A stretch of 53,048 bases of DNA from Candidatus Hodarchaeota archaeon. Its GTDB lineage: Archaea > Asgardarchaeota > Heimdallarchaeia > Hodarchaeales > Hodarchaeaceae. The position numbers and the translations under genes are program-made. Of this stretch, positions 32,248 through 42,296 are shown in pieces (positions within the stretch are counted from its first letter, which is position 1; every line of letters starts with the position of its first letter). The stretch covers positions 1-53,048 of the forward strand of contig JAEOTM010000089.1 in assembly GCA_016839815.1 (NCBI GenBank), given 5' to 3'. Under the pieces are notes generated by a model. The model did not search any database. It saw nothing but the letters and a program-made list of their open reading frames with translations, and was not told the DNA's origin.

Positions 32248-32736
32248 TTATCGCATCTCCGCCCATAAGAACTTCTTATTCACTTCGGGAGAAAAATCAT
32301 CATCTCTTTCAGAACGCTTTTCCTTTCGGTGTCCACGCGACCTATTAGCGGGTTTCATATCCCGCGTTTTTTGCTTCTTTTCACTAATATCATTTTCTTG
32401 ATTTATTTTTTCAAATTTAATATCACTGGATTTAATTTCTCCGCTACGACCTGTAGCTAATTGAGCGTGATTTTGAAAAACATTCACGTAGCCATTAGTC
32501 AGGTTATAGGTTTGACCAATTTTCAGTACATCGATTTCTTCATTCCAAACTGTTAATTGGATTGCTCCAGTATCATCTGCAACCTTGAAATTTGCTACCT
32601 TATGGGTGATATTAGGTCCTTTCTGTATTTTCTTGTTAGAAATTTGTTCAATTACCTGGAAATTTACATGGACATCTTTATTATAGGGTTTTAAGTTTTT
32701 TATAGGGATTATTGAGCTTGAGTTCATAATTAACAC
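32248..32736 (-). CDS. Single OB-fold ssDNA-binding protein (archaeal SSB/RPA-like)
   Basis: IKNLKP, VADDTGAIQLTVWNE, NGYVNVFQ and LATGRSGEI, followed by a charged disordered tail. Confidence 0.87.
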   Translation of the reverse strand: MLIMNSSSIIPIKNLKPYNKDVHVNFQVIEQISNKKIQKGPNITHKVANFKVADDTGAIQLTVWNEEIDVLKIGQTYNLTNGYVNVFQNHAQLATGRSGEIKSSDIKFEKINQENDISEKKQKTRDMKPANRSRGHRKEKRSERDDDFSPEVNKKFLWAEMR

Positions 32737-33152
32737 ACAAATTTTAGGAAATTAGAATCCTGATTTATGGATAAAAAACGGAGTTTTACGATTTTGAAGC
32801 CAGATAGATTCTATTTTCAATAGAAACAATCCTAAAGGAGGTTTATAAACTTTATGGAAGGAAAATCAGTGTTTTTCCAGTATTTAAAAAATTGAGTGTG
32901 GTGGTTTACTTATCAGACAATCAATGTTAAAATCATTGTTCTCCAAAGTTTCGTGAAGATCTCCTCTTAATGATTTATCACATTAATAATGTGTTATAAG
33001 CAAAATTGGAATTATGCTTAAATTAGATGATTAACATAATTAAGGAGTAATCTCTCGTAAAAGGTACTTTAGGTGAATAATTATTAGTATTTAAGCAGTA
33101 ATTACCTTAGTATGATCTCCAATAGACATATTTTATCAATTTAGCATATTGA

Positions 33153-34070
33153 ATGAGTGTAGTAAGAGTGAGTAGACCGTCAACACGATCTTATATTGCC
33201 ATGGCCATTGCGATTCTTGGTTGGGGACTATCATCCAGTATCATTGAGTTTGGTCTAGATTTTGTGGCTCCTCTCCCTTTTTTATTCTATCGATTCGGAC
33301 TTGCTACACTTACCTTAACTCCTCTGGTTGTCCTTTTTCGTACTACAGAATTTCTAGAATTAATAAAAAATAAATGGACGTGGATTATTGGTATCTCTGA
33401 GGCTACAGGATTAACTTTACAATATTTAGGTCAAGAACGTGAAGTAATGGCAGGATTAGCTGCCCTGTTATCATTAAGTTTTATAGTCATTGTACCATTT
33501 ATTTCTCCCTTTATAGTAAATGAGAAATTGGCAAGAAATCATGTAATAGCAATGTCTATTGCCTTTATTGGTGTAATTTTCATTTCGAGCGAAGGAGAAT
33601 TGAATAATTTGGCAGGTAGTTCGATCTTGGGTATAATCTTACTTCTTGGTGCAGCCGTTAGCTATGCATTTTATATCATAACAACCTCAAGGTTAACAAC
33701 CATAGAAAAACCAAATGTAGATACATTCACATTATTTTACTCGGTTTTACTGATTATTACTCTCTTCAGTCTAATAGCATCTCTTTCATTTAATGAACTC
33801 ACACCAGTCCCCAGTAAGGGAATTCAATGGATTGTGTTACTCACAATATTTTCCACTCTGATCGCTTTTTTTGCATATTTCAGAGCACTACAGGAAATCT
33901 CCGCCAATGTAGCTTCGGTATTACTACCTTTACAAGTTCTCGTTCCATTTATCATAGATTTTTTTGTACTCGACAGAACATACTCATTATGGGTTCTTTC
34001 TGGTTCTTCCCTTATTATTCTAGCAATGGTTATCGTCGTTATCCAGCCATATCTCGAAGTTTCTTCTTGA
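33153..34070 (+). CDS. DMT/EamA family transporter
   Basis: About ten TM segments in two EamA repeats; GWGLS, FYRFGLA and GAAVSYAFY. Confidence 0.9.
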   Translation: MSVVRVSRPSTRSYIAMAIAILGWGLSSSIIEFGLDFVAPLPFLFYRFGLATLTLTPLVVLFRTTEFLELIKNKWTWIIGISEATGLTLQYLGQEREVMAGLAALLSLSFIVIVPFISPFIVNEKLARNHVIAMSIAFIGVIFISSEGELNNLAGSSILGIILLLGAAVSYAFYIITTSRLTTIEKPNVDTFTLFYSVLLIITLFSLIASLSFNELTPVPSKGIQWIVLLTIFSTLIAFFAYFRALQEISANVASVLLPLQVLVPFIIDFFVLDRTYSLWVLSGSSLIILAMVIVVIQPYLEVSS

Positions 34071-34231
34071 GAAAACTGTTAAAACAATATTCTTTCATAA
34101 ATCAAATATTCTACTTCGATTGAGGTTTGAAAACGGGTTCTAACAGTCGAAAACTAACTCTCGATATGACATAGTTATGTAAAAGAAGCAACAGCGAGGC
34201 TGTTTCTATTTTTACACTGAATAGACTTAAA

Positions 34232-35269
34232 TCAAAATTCGCTCTCTAAAAATGATTTTAAAAGAGTAATAGCTTCTTCTTCCATTTCTAAGATTTTTTC
34301 AAGAGTCTTTTTCCCCATATCTCTCATTTCAGGCGTCCAGTCCACGGTGGATAACCATCTTGGTTCAGGATCAACATCTGGGTTGTAAGGGGGAATAAAT
34401 GTTCGCATTTTTTCCTTATTAACCCACTGAGGCATAGGAAAATAAATCCAGTTTTTACGGACATATTCGGAGATCACATTGTACTTCTCTCTGACTTTCA
34501 ACAATTTATTTTTCTGTTCACCCGAAAATAAATCCGCAATTGTTAGTAAATACATGTGGGCCGCATGTCGTGCGTCAAAAAGCAGATCGTACAACCACCC
34601 ATTCAGATGCCAATGACTCTCATATTTGTCTTTATGGACTTCATCATCGTTTATTTGGTTGATCCAGAATTGGAATCCCGCACGGCCATTATGATATTGA
34701 TTATCAACAAAAGGAACGTTGAAATTATCAAGAACTTTCCGTAACTGGTCTATTATTAATTCTTTTTTAGGTCTACTTGCGCCAAGCTCTTCTAAAATAT
34801 GAATGATCCATGGAAATTTAGTCATTTCAACATATTCGTCTGAATTACCGTCGAAATAATCTCGGACATAAAATTTTTCCCCTTCATATCCACAGATTAT
34901 TCCCCATTCTGGGATTTTTAAAAGGTCGATACCTATAACTGGAAGACCTGAATCTATACTACTTTTCATTAATTTTGTTGCTTCAGCTTTACTGATACCC
35001 TTGCCCTCTTCTTCTGATACCATATAATTCTTTGTTCGGAATCCGAGATGTTGAGTAACAACTGATCGATCGTACCAATCTCCAGATGAGGGACACCACT
35101 CCTGACTAAAATGCATCCTAAACGCCGCTCCTGATATCCCCATTAATTCATAATAATTAGTTTCTTTCTTCAGTGCCGTCATAATATTATTTAATGAAGC
35201 AATAAAACTTGTTTCTCCACTTACTTCCCATTTAAGGGGTGGAATATCTTTAATGAATACTTTTGACAT
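34232..35269 (-). CDS. Hypothetical protein, possibly a degenerate papain-like/BtrH-like fold
   Basis: LMGISGAAF and SIDSGLPVI...WGIICGY resemble C39/BtrH_N patterns, but the catalytic Cys/His are not obvious. Confidence 0.5.
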   Translation of the reverse strand: MSKVFIKDIPPLKWEVSGETSFIASLNNIMTALKKETNYYELMGISGAAFRMHFSQEWCPSSGDWYDRSVVTQHLGFRTKNYMVSEEEGKGISKAEATKLMKSSIDSGLPVIGIDLLKIPEWGIICGYEGEKFYVRDYFDGNSDEYVEMTKFPWIIHILEELGASRPKKELIIDQLRKVLDNFNVPFVDNQYHNGRAGFQFWINQINDDEVHKDKYESHWHLNGWLYDLLFDARHAAHMYLLTIADLFSGEQKNKLLKVREKYNVISEYVRKNWIYFPMPQWVNKEKMRTFIPPYNPDVDPEPRWLSTVDWTPEMRDMGKKTLEKILEMEEEAITLLKSFLESEF

Positions 35270-35398
35270 CCTTATTTCCTCAACGTAGTAATTTGATTAC
35301 GTATATTATTCAGGAATTACTTGAGTATTTATTACTAGAAGTAAATGTACTTATTCATAATCTTTTATACCAAGAATACTCAAATAATTATAATTCTA

Positions 35399-36457
35399 AT
35401 GGTGAAATTTTCCTTGAATTCAGTTCTACTACCACCAAAAACACTTGATTGGTTATTAGAGGATAATAATCCTCCTGTAAGAAATCTCACCAAGTTTTTC
35501 CTGCTTAATGAACCTCTTTCAGAGAAAGAGCTTGAAGAGACAAATAACTATAAACCAATCAAAGAAATAATTTCCTTAATTAAACCAAACGGGAGTTGGA
35601 GTGACCAAAAGAACCCTTACAAAAAATATACTGGAGATTATTGGCAAGTAATTTTCCTCTGCGATATGAATGCAAAACCTGATGAACTTATTCTTAAAGC
35701 CTGTAGAAATATTATCTCCTACCAACTTCCAAATGGGGGATTTACTCACAAGCTAGGGTCGAAATTTCCATTGATCTGTTTAACTGCAAATATTATTCGC
35801 TCATTAATTCATTTTGATATAAAAGACAAAAGTATTAATCAAGGAATTGATTTTCTGACCGATAATATACTCAAAAATAAGGGAACATTCTGCTCTCCCG
35901 ACCCATTATATACTCTACTCCCTGATTGTCAGATGACTCTCACTAAAGTCTTAGCTATGTATGCTATCCTAAGGAAGAATATGATGAGTTCAGAAACTAA
36001 ACGCGCGGTAAACATTATTGAAGAAAAACTTGTAGAAAATAAAATTTTTAAATATATACCTAAAGGTTCCAAGGAGTATCAGAAACAGATTCGAGGGAAG
36101 AAAAGTGGGGAAATTAGAAAGATTAGAAAGGAATTTTTATCAAATCCTTCGAATTATACAAAACAAGAACCTAAGAAAAGTTGGTTAAAGTTTGGTTTCC
36201 CTCATTCATATACATCAGATATCCTTGAGACGTTATATTGGATTGCTAAGAGTGAGATTCCATATCATAAAGAATTTGACGAAGCTATTGAACACGTAAT
36301 TAATACTATGAATCCTTCAGGTTATTGGATAAACCAGCTTGCTTTCAGAAATCCTATGTTAGTACAAATCGAGGAGAAAAAATCTCCTTCTAAATGGTTG
36401 ACATTTAGAGCAAGCTATGTATTAAAGTATTTTCAGATGGTAGAATTCCAGGATTAG
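35399..36457 (+). CDS. Alpha/alpha-barrel (prenyltransferase/terpene-cyclase-like repeat) protein of unknown function
   Basis: WLLEDNNPPVR, QW-like repeats (KPNGSW, QLPNGGF, NPSGYW), FGFPHSYTSDILE and PSKWLTFRA. ATG 35399 is preferred over 35345. Confidence 0.7.
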   Translation: MVKFSLNSVLLPPKTLDWLLEDNNPPVRNLTKFFLLNEPLSEKELEETNNYKPIKEIISLIKPNGSWSDQKNPYKKYTGDYWQVIFLCDMNAKPDELILKACRNIISYQLPNGGFTHKLGSKFPLICLTANIIRSLIHFDIKDKSINQGIDFLTDNILKNKGTFCSPDPLYTLLPDCQMTLTKVLAMYAILRKNMMSSETKRAVNIIEEKLVENKIFKYIPKGSKEYQKQIRGKKSGEIRKIRKEFLSNPSNYTKQEPKKSWLKFGFPHSYTSDILETLYWIAKSEIPYHKEFDEAIEHVINTMNPSGYWINQLAFRNPMLVQIEEKKSPSKWLTFRASYVLKYFQMVEFQD

Positions 36458-36480
36458 AATGTATTGCATCGTTCAGTCAT

Positions 36481-37737
36481 TTATTTTGATTCGTGGATCT
36501 TTATTCTTCTCAGATAAAGTAAGAAGAATAAGGCAAGAAGTGAGAATACACTTGCTAAAAGAAAGATGGGTAAATAAGTACTTGGGGTATATGAGCGCAA
36601 TACACCGACTATTATAGGACCTAGCGCACCCACCAGATTAGCTATCAACATGACTAATCCAAATGCTTGACCTCTATGTGTAGAATTCTTCGCTACAAGA
36701 CTATTGGTACTTGGCCAAAATATAGCGTTCACAATTCCCAACGAAATGTATGCAAGAAATAATATAGGTATAACCTCAGCAAAATATATAACAATTAGAA
36801 TTAAAACCATGGATAGTGAACCGAAAGATAAAACCCTATCCTCTCCATGTCTATCACCTACATACCCTCCTAATAACTGTCCTGTGGAGCCAATTAATGT
36901 CGAAATTCCAATAAATAATGCTGCATCTGTAATTTCAATACCTTTAACTTCTGAAAGAAAGGGAGACAAAATGAAGTTAATCATACCGCGATTTAATGAC
37001 ATTGCAATCATAAATGCGATTATCATTATAAGTGCTAACCTTAATCCATTCTTCCTATTGGATGACAAACCCTTCTTTTCATCTTTTAAATCCATAGATT
37101 CATTGTAATTATGATTCACGGGTTCAAATCGTGCTACAAATGTCCAAAAAGAAAGGAGCACAATAATAAGGGGAAAAGTCCAAAATAGGTAGATTTCTTG
37201 CCAAGAAAATGTTCCTAATAAGAAATATACAGATAAAGGTCCAATAGAGGCTCCAAAACCTCCTCCAATCCCATGCAGTGCTAATACTTGATTGTAATTA
37301 TCACCATAGGAATGTGTTAAGGGATCTTCATATGCAGTTGTTACCCATGATAAGCCAGGGGGATGATAGAGTGATACTCCTAAACCAAGTAGAATTACTC
37401 CGAGTATCATGAGAGGAAAGTAAGTTCCAAAGAATCCGATTATCACTGTCCCAAAGATTGTAAATATCAAACTAAAAGTCATTAGAATCCCACGACGGTA
37501 TTTGTCAGCTAATGTACCGAAAATAGGAGAAGGTAGCGCTGCGGAAAGAGTTCCGATTGTTCCGATTGCTCCTAATCCAATCCATTCAGATATAGAAGAA
37601 TCCTGAAATAGGTCTGAGCCAACCAAGAGGATAATAACTGGAAATATAAAGAAGGGAATTTCTACAGACGCATGAATAATGAATGCAGTAAATAGGCTAA
37701 CTCGTGGTGAGATACCATTTTGGGCATCAGGTTTCAT
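36481..37737 (-). CDS. MFS transporter (Fsr-like)
   Basis: GTLADKYRR, LYHPPG and GGYVGDRHG, with about 12 TM segments. Confidence 0.9.
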   Translation of the reverse strand: MKPDAQNGISPRVSLFTAFIIHASVEIPFFIFPVIILLVGSDLFQDSSISEWIGLGAIGTIGTLSAALPSPIFGTLADKYRRGILMTFSLIFTIFGTVIIGFFGTYFPLMILGVILLGLGVSLYHPPGLSWVTTAYEDPLTHSYGDNYNQVLALHGIGGGFGASIGPLSVYFLLGTFSWQEIYLFWTFPLIIVLLSFWTFVARFEPVNHNYNESMDLKDEKKGLSSNRKNGLRLALIMIIAFMIAMSLNRGMINFILSPFLSEVKGIEITDAALFIGISTLIGSTGQLLGGYVGDRHGEDRVLSFGSLSMVLILIVIYFAEVIPILFLAYISLGIVNAIFWPSTNSLVAKNSTHRGQAFGLVMLIANLVGALGPIIVGVLRSYTPSTYLPIFLLASVFSLLALFFLLYLRRIKIHESK

Positions 37738-37784
37738 CAGAAAATCTCCCTGTAAAAAGAAGGTTGACTTAATCCGTGAAGAAA

Positions 37785-38366
37785 TTAAGATTTCTCATAA
37801 GAAATGTGAGTTGTCTTTACTTCGGGTTGTTCTCCTTTCTCCAACTTCTCTTGAGTAATTTCTTCAAAGAGTTGGAAAAACGCTTTTTCCACATTTTCAC
37901 CATTCTTTGCTGATGTTTGATATGTGGGGAGATCAGGATACTCAGATCGTGGTAATTCAACTCGAAGTTCGGTTAAATCAGATTTATTCCCCAATAAAAT
38001 CATAGGTATTGGTTTTCGAATATTATCCTTACATTCCTTCAACCATGCTTGCACGTTTCGGTAAGTTTGAGCATTTGTTAGATCGTAAATAATAATAGCA
38101 CCACTAGTCCCAGAATAAAAACGAGAACGAAAACGTTTGAAGTGTGTTTGTCCGGACATATCCCACAAAACGAATCTAATAGGTTTCTTTGTTGTTTGGG
38201 TCACGGTGTTAAAAGGTGAGATATCTACACCTATTGTTGTCTTGTAAATACTGGAAAATTTCTTGTGGATAAAACGATTCACTAAAGAGGTTTTTCCAGC
38301 ACCCCCATCACCAATTAAGATGACTTTTAGAGATTTACTATCTGTAGATTCTGTCATATGTATCAT
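37785..38366 (-). CDS. Rab-like small GTPase
   Basis: G1 GDGGAGKTS, G2 YKTTIGVD, G3 WDMSGQ, G4 NKSD and G5 TSAK. No C-terminal Cys. Confidence 0.93.
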   Translation of the reverse strand: MIHMTESTDSKSLKVILIGDGGAGKTSLVNRFIHKKFSSIYKTTIGVDISPFNTVTQTTKKPIRFVLWDMSGQTHFKRFRSRFYSGTSGAIIIYDLTNAQTYRNVQAWLKECKDNIRKPIPMILLGNKSDLTELRVELPRSEYPDLPTYQTSAKNGENVEKAFFQLFEEITQEKLEKGEQPEVKTTHISYEKS

Positions 38367-39076
38367 TTCCCTGCAAGAAGACGTTCAGCGAGTTCTATAG
38401 ACAGGTGATGTTTTTTAATCCCTTCAATTGTCTGTGTAGGATCATATGAAACACGTATGAATTTCGTATTGAAGGTTTCCATATCGAAGAGAACATATGA
38501 TGCCCGGTTATCTCCGTCTCTAGGCTGACCAACGGCTCCTGGATTACATATAATCCGGTTATCTCTTTGACGAATGAAAGGAATATGAGTATGTCCTAAA
38601 AAGAGAACGTCAATCTCAATCAGATCCATAAAATCGAAAGTAGATTGTATATCCTCTTCATCTTCAGGATACATATATTGATCCAATGGATATTCTGGAC
38701 CTCCATGGATCATCATGGCTCTATGATTATCGAGATAAAGTGTATACATCAAGGGTAACCCATGAAGTATTTTTCGTTCGTTTACAGTCAATCCCTGTGT
38801 AGTAAACTCGATTGGAGGTTGAGTCACGTTACGGTAATAGAGGGGAACATCACCTAATGCAGCAGCCTGATCATGATTTCCTTTAATGACTACTTCACAT
38901 CGAGCAATCGCAAGATGGATAGTTGGAACAGGTTCTGTATAATAACCAACTAAATCCCCCAAACAATATATTTTACTGACTTTATGCCTGTGAATATCCG
39001 TAAGAACAGCTTGAAAAGCACTTAAATTTGCATGAACGTCCGATATCACCGCAATTGTCGTCATTCGAAATACCAT
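38363..39076 (-). CDS. Calcineurin-like metallophosphoesterase
   Basis: SDVHAN, LGDLVGY, GNHD, HGGP, GHTH and NPGAVGQPRDG. Confidence 0.92.
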   Translation of the reverse strand: MVFRMTTIAVISDVHANLSAFQAVLTDIHRHKVSKIYCLGDLVGYYTEPVPTIHLAIARCEVVIKGNHDQAAALGDVPLYYRNVTQPPIEFTTQGLTVNERKILHGLPLMYTLYLDNHRAMMIHGGPEYPLDQYMYPEDEEDIQSTFDFMDLIEIDVLFLGHTHIPFIRQRDNRIICNPGAVGQPRDGDNRASYVLFDMETFNTKFIRVSYDPTQTIEGIKKHHLSIELAERLLAGK

Positions 39077-39208
39077 TTACCTATAAAGTAAAGAACAGTC
39101 CCCCAAGCAGATTACTTGACAAAACTGGTTCATATTTAAGAATATTATTTCTATCTGCATACATCATGAATATTAATAACTGGAAGAGGAGAGCTTTACT
39201 CGTCTAAA

Positions 39209-40567
39209 ATGTTAAAGCACCTTCCTTCTTTTATGTTTTTTCTGTTTCTGTTTTTCTTTCTGCAGTCATTTGTCAATACAAACGGAGTTCCACCTAGTTT
39301 TTTATTGATAGCAGATGGAAATGAGAGTACTTCTATAGAAATCACTGATTCAGTCTATAACAGGTATTCACCAGATGGAAATATTTCAATTCTATTAGCT
39401 GTTGATAGCCATCTCATTGGAGCTGAGAACTTCTTTTCCGACAAAGCCGATGCTCAAAAAGTCTTTAATAATTGGCTTATTCCGTTTGAAAAACGGTTTA
39501 ATATAAGTTTTCATGTCTTAAAAGTGAAAACATTTACACCAGGAGAAAATGACTCATTAGATACCAGCATTGTGAAGGTAGCAGAAGAATTATCCTGGAC
39601 TTTTGCAGAGACCCAAGAGGATCCTTTAGTTGACGGGAATAATTACGATTTTTTGATAATCTATCAAGAGAATTATAAAGGAGGGCGTAATCGGGCAAAT
39701 TCAGTGAACGGGAATGCTTTAATTATTGCTCATAATCAACCGTTTGACTGGACTACCCGACAATTGATTCTTTTACACGAAGTAGGACATATCTTCGGAG
39801 GTGAGCATCTTAATGAGGGTGTTATTCCCCCTGAATGGTTTGGATCATCCGAAATGAGTCTCATGTCATATGAGAATCTCTCTTACATGAGCATTTTTGG
39901 TTGGAATCGAGATAAAATTCCATTCGATGATCACAACTTTGAGATAATTAATTCATCCAAGTATCGGTTTGATCGTAATGATGCTGATCTTGACACTCTT
40001 CCAAACTATTATGAATTTCGATATGGAATGGATCCTACTAGTGATGATACATTGCAAGACCTCGAGGATGATGGAGTGACTAATATTGATGAATATTTCT
40101 CTGGAACTAACCCTATTGTAAGTGATACTGATGGTGATCTCTTTTCAGATTGGGCTGAGCTATTTTTTGGATCTTCTCCCCTCAATATTTCTGATTTACC
40201 TGTAATTAATGAACCAGTTATTTTTCCATTATCTGAAGATCAAACTATATTAGATAACCAAACAGCAGAGATTAAGTGGCGATCTGTAGCTCAAAACAAA
40301 GATACCTATTCAATCTACTCAAATGAAACTCTCCTCACACAGGAAAACTGGAATCAAGAAATTATCCAATTTACCTTTAATCCCCAACATGCTGGGATTT
40401 GGGAAATAACCTGTGTAGTTGAGGATGAACAAGGACTTACTGCCCAATCAAGCGTCTGGATCACGGTGCAAAGAGAAGGAAACCCAAAAATCACCTCTTT
40501 CTTCGTTCCTTGGCTGAGCTTAGTGATACTACTTCTGATTAGTAAATTTAGGTCAAGAAAACAGTAA
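39209..40567 (+). CDS. Membrane-anchored metzincin (reprolysin/M12B-like) with Asp-rich Ca-binding repeats and an Ig-like domain
   Basis: Signal peptide, HEVGHIFGGEH (HExxHxxGxxH), Met-turn SLMS, repeats DADLDTLPN/DLEDDGVTN/DTDGDLFSD, and a C-terminal TM plus basic tail. Confidence 0.85.
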   Translation: MLKHLPSFMFFLFLFFFLQSFVNTNGVPPSFLLIADGNESTSIEITDSVYNRYSPDGNISILLAVDSHLIGAENFFSDKADAQKVFNNWLIPFEKRFNISFHVLKVKTFTPGENDSLDTSIVKVAEELSWTFAETQEDPLVDGNNYDFLIIYQENYKGGRNRANSVNGNALIIAHNQPFDWTTRQLILLHEVGHIFGGEHLNEGVIPPEWFGSSEMSLMSYENLSYMSIFGWNRDKIPFDDHNFEIINSSKYRFDRNDADLDTLPNYYEFRYGMDPTSDDTLQDLEDDGVTNIDEYFSGTNPIVSDTDGDLFSDWAELFFGSSPLNISDLPVINEPVIFPLSEDQTILDNQTAEIKWRSVAQNKDTYSIYSNETLLTQENWNQEIIQFTFNPQHAGIWEITCVVEDEQGLTAQSSVWITVQREGNPKITSFFVPWLSLVILLLISKFRSRKQ

Positions 40568-40590
40568 TAAATCTCCAGGATACAAAGCAT

Positions 40591-41358
40591 TCACTGATCA
40601 AGTAGGTATAACACCTTCAGATGGCCACTAAGCTCTGTAAATACACTCCTCCATAATGACCCGATTCCAATCAATGCCAAAAGGTAGGAAACTTCACCAT
40701 TATTATCTTCCACTACCCGAAATAGTGTATCAAGTAACCCCCCTTTGCGTACGTAGTCATTAATGATAAGTACTCGCTTATTCGTAAATCCAAACCTTCG
40801 GTTAAAATACAAAGTAGAAACCAGTTCTTGATCAATGAGATACGGATATTGAAAAATTTGTTCTGGCTTAGTAGAGGGAGGACGAAAGGAGATAGAGTAC
40901 CAAGGAATGTTCAGGATCATGGAAAAGCCAATTGCTAGAGGAACAGCTTCAGAATGAGTTAATATTACGTCAAATTTATCATACAGGATTTCCTTATTGC
41001 TTAGAAAGTACGCAAGGAAATTAAGAGCTGGTGGAGAGCTTAAAAGCTCAGTTAAATCGACTTGAATAGGTTGAGCTTGAATATCAATGGCAATTCTAGG
41101 TATTACTAAATCAGGTACGATTTGAACTTTTTTCAGTATATACGACTTGAAAGACTGAAGCTTATCTGGGTTTAGCTTGGTTTCCCCTTTCAGATAGCGT
41201 GTAAATTGTGAATACGAAAACTGAAGCGACGAATCGGGATCGAGATGATCCTTAAATTCCGAATAAAATTTACGAGTAGATCGATGCTTTTCTAAAAGAA
41301 GCCTTAACCCGTAAAGAACTTGAGATTGGTCCCAAGAGGATTTTTCATTACTCATCAT
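40591..41358 (-). CDS. HTH plus phosphoribosyltransferase-fold protein (PurR-like regulator candidate)
   Basis: N-terminal HTH-like SYSQFTRYLKG, FDVILT...AVPLA, and a PRPP-loop variant RVLIINDYVRKGG. Confidence 0.75.
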   Translation of the reverse strand: MMSNEKSSWDQSQVLYGLRLLLEKHRSTRKFYSEFKDHLDPDSSLQFSYSQFTRYLKGETKLNPDKLQSFKSYILKKVQIVPDLVIPRIAIDIQAQPIQVDLTELLSSPPALNFLAYFLSNKEILYDKFDVILTHSEAVPLAIGFSMILNIPWYSISFRPPSTKPEQIFQYPYLIDQELVSTLYFNRRFGFTNKRVLIINDYVRKGGLLDTLFRVVEDNNGEVSYLLALIGIGSLWRSVFTELSGHLKVLYLLDQ

Positions 41359-41370
41359 TTCTCATTCTGT

Positions 41371-41449
41371 ATTGCATTTTTTTGCAATTTATGTTGTGAA
41401 CTCTTGATTTCACTGTAGTTATAAATTTAATTGTTCATATTTTTGCAAT
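41371..41449. promoter_or_regulatory. Candidate operator sites in the divergent HTH-PRTase / ECF intergenic region
   Basis: Palindrome ATTGCA-N6-TGCAAT (41371-41388) and a near copy TTCATATTTTTGCAAT (41434-41449), with TTATAAATTTAA between them. Confidence 0.5.
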
Positions 41450-41524
41450 ATTCATCTGTAAAACATGTTGTTTTGATACAGAAACTATTTGAGAGGGATG
41501 TTTCGGGTAGGTGTCTGAACTGAA

Positions 41525-42286
41525 ATGACGACCATTCAATCAACGGATAATGAAGTACAGCTTGTACGGCAAATTGCTTTGATTGCTACTTTTACGGCGT
41601 TAGTTTTCATGTCTACCGCAATATTTACATTCGAATTAGCTACCTCAGGATACTTTAATTTCGGTGAATCTTTTGTCTATATTTCAGCTTTAATTGGGGG
41701 TCCCCTAGTCGGAGCAATCGCAGGAGGTTTTGGCTCCTCCTTAGCTGATTCATTTTTAGGGTTCGGACCCTATGCCCCCGCAACACTTGTTATCAAAGGA
41801 TTAGAAGGATTCACGGTTGGAGTATTGTTCTGGTTTAGTGATAAGGTGGGCCAAACGAAAAGACGGGTATTCTTGGTCTTAATTTCTATTTTCATAGTGA
41901 TTTTCACTATTATACTTAATTTTGAAGAAGGAACCTTTACAATATATGGTGAATTCAATCTTGGTACCTATTATTTACCTGGGTGGATTTTAATTTTATT
42001 TGCACTTATATTAGTCTTAATCATCTGGCTTGTAGAGCTTAAATTAAAATATCGTGGTAAAATGGCTTTATCTTGCATCCTTGCGGGGCCAATAATTGTA
42101 GTAGGTTACTTCCTTTGGCAAATAACTGCTCTAGGGGTAGCTATTGATACTGCACTTATTGAAGTGCCTTTTAACATCGCACAAGTAATCATTGGAACAT
42201 TAATCGCGGTCCCTATTGTTACATATCTGGATGAATTAGGTGTGCTTCCTGCACGAAGAGTAGATGAAACTGAAAACTCCGTATGA
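41525..42286 (+). CDS. ECF transporter S component
   Basis: GYFNFGE, GPLVGAIAGGFGSSLAD, APATLVIKGLEG and PFNIAQ. Confidence 0.9.
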   Translation: MTTIQSTDNEVQLVRQIALIATFTALVFMSTAIFTFELATSGYFNFGESFVYISALIGGPLVGAIAGGFGSSLADSFLGFGPYAPATLVIKGLEGFTVGVLFWFSDKVGQTKRRVFLVLISIFIVIFTIILNFEEGTFTIYGEFNLGTYYLPGWILILFALILVLIIWLVELKLKYRGKMALSCILAGPIIVVGYFLWQITALGVAIDTALIEVPFNIAQVIIGTLIAVPIVTYLDELGVLPARRVDETENSV

Positions 42287-42296
42287 ATGAACCTAA

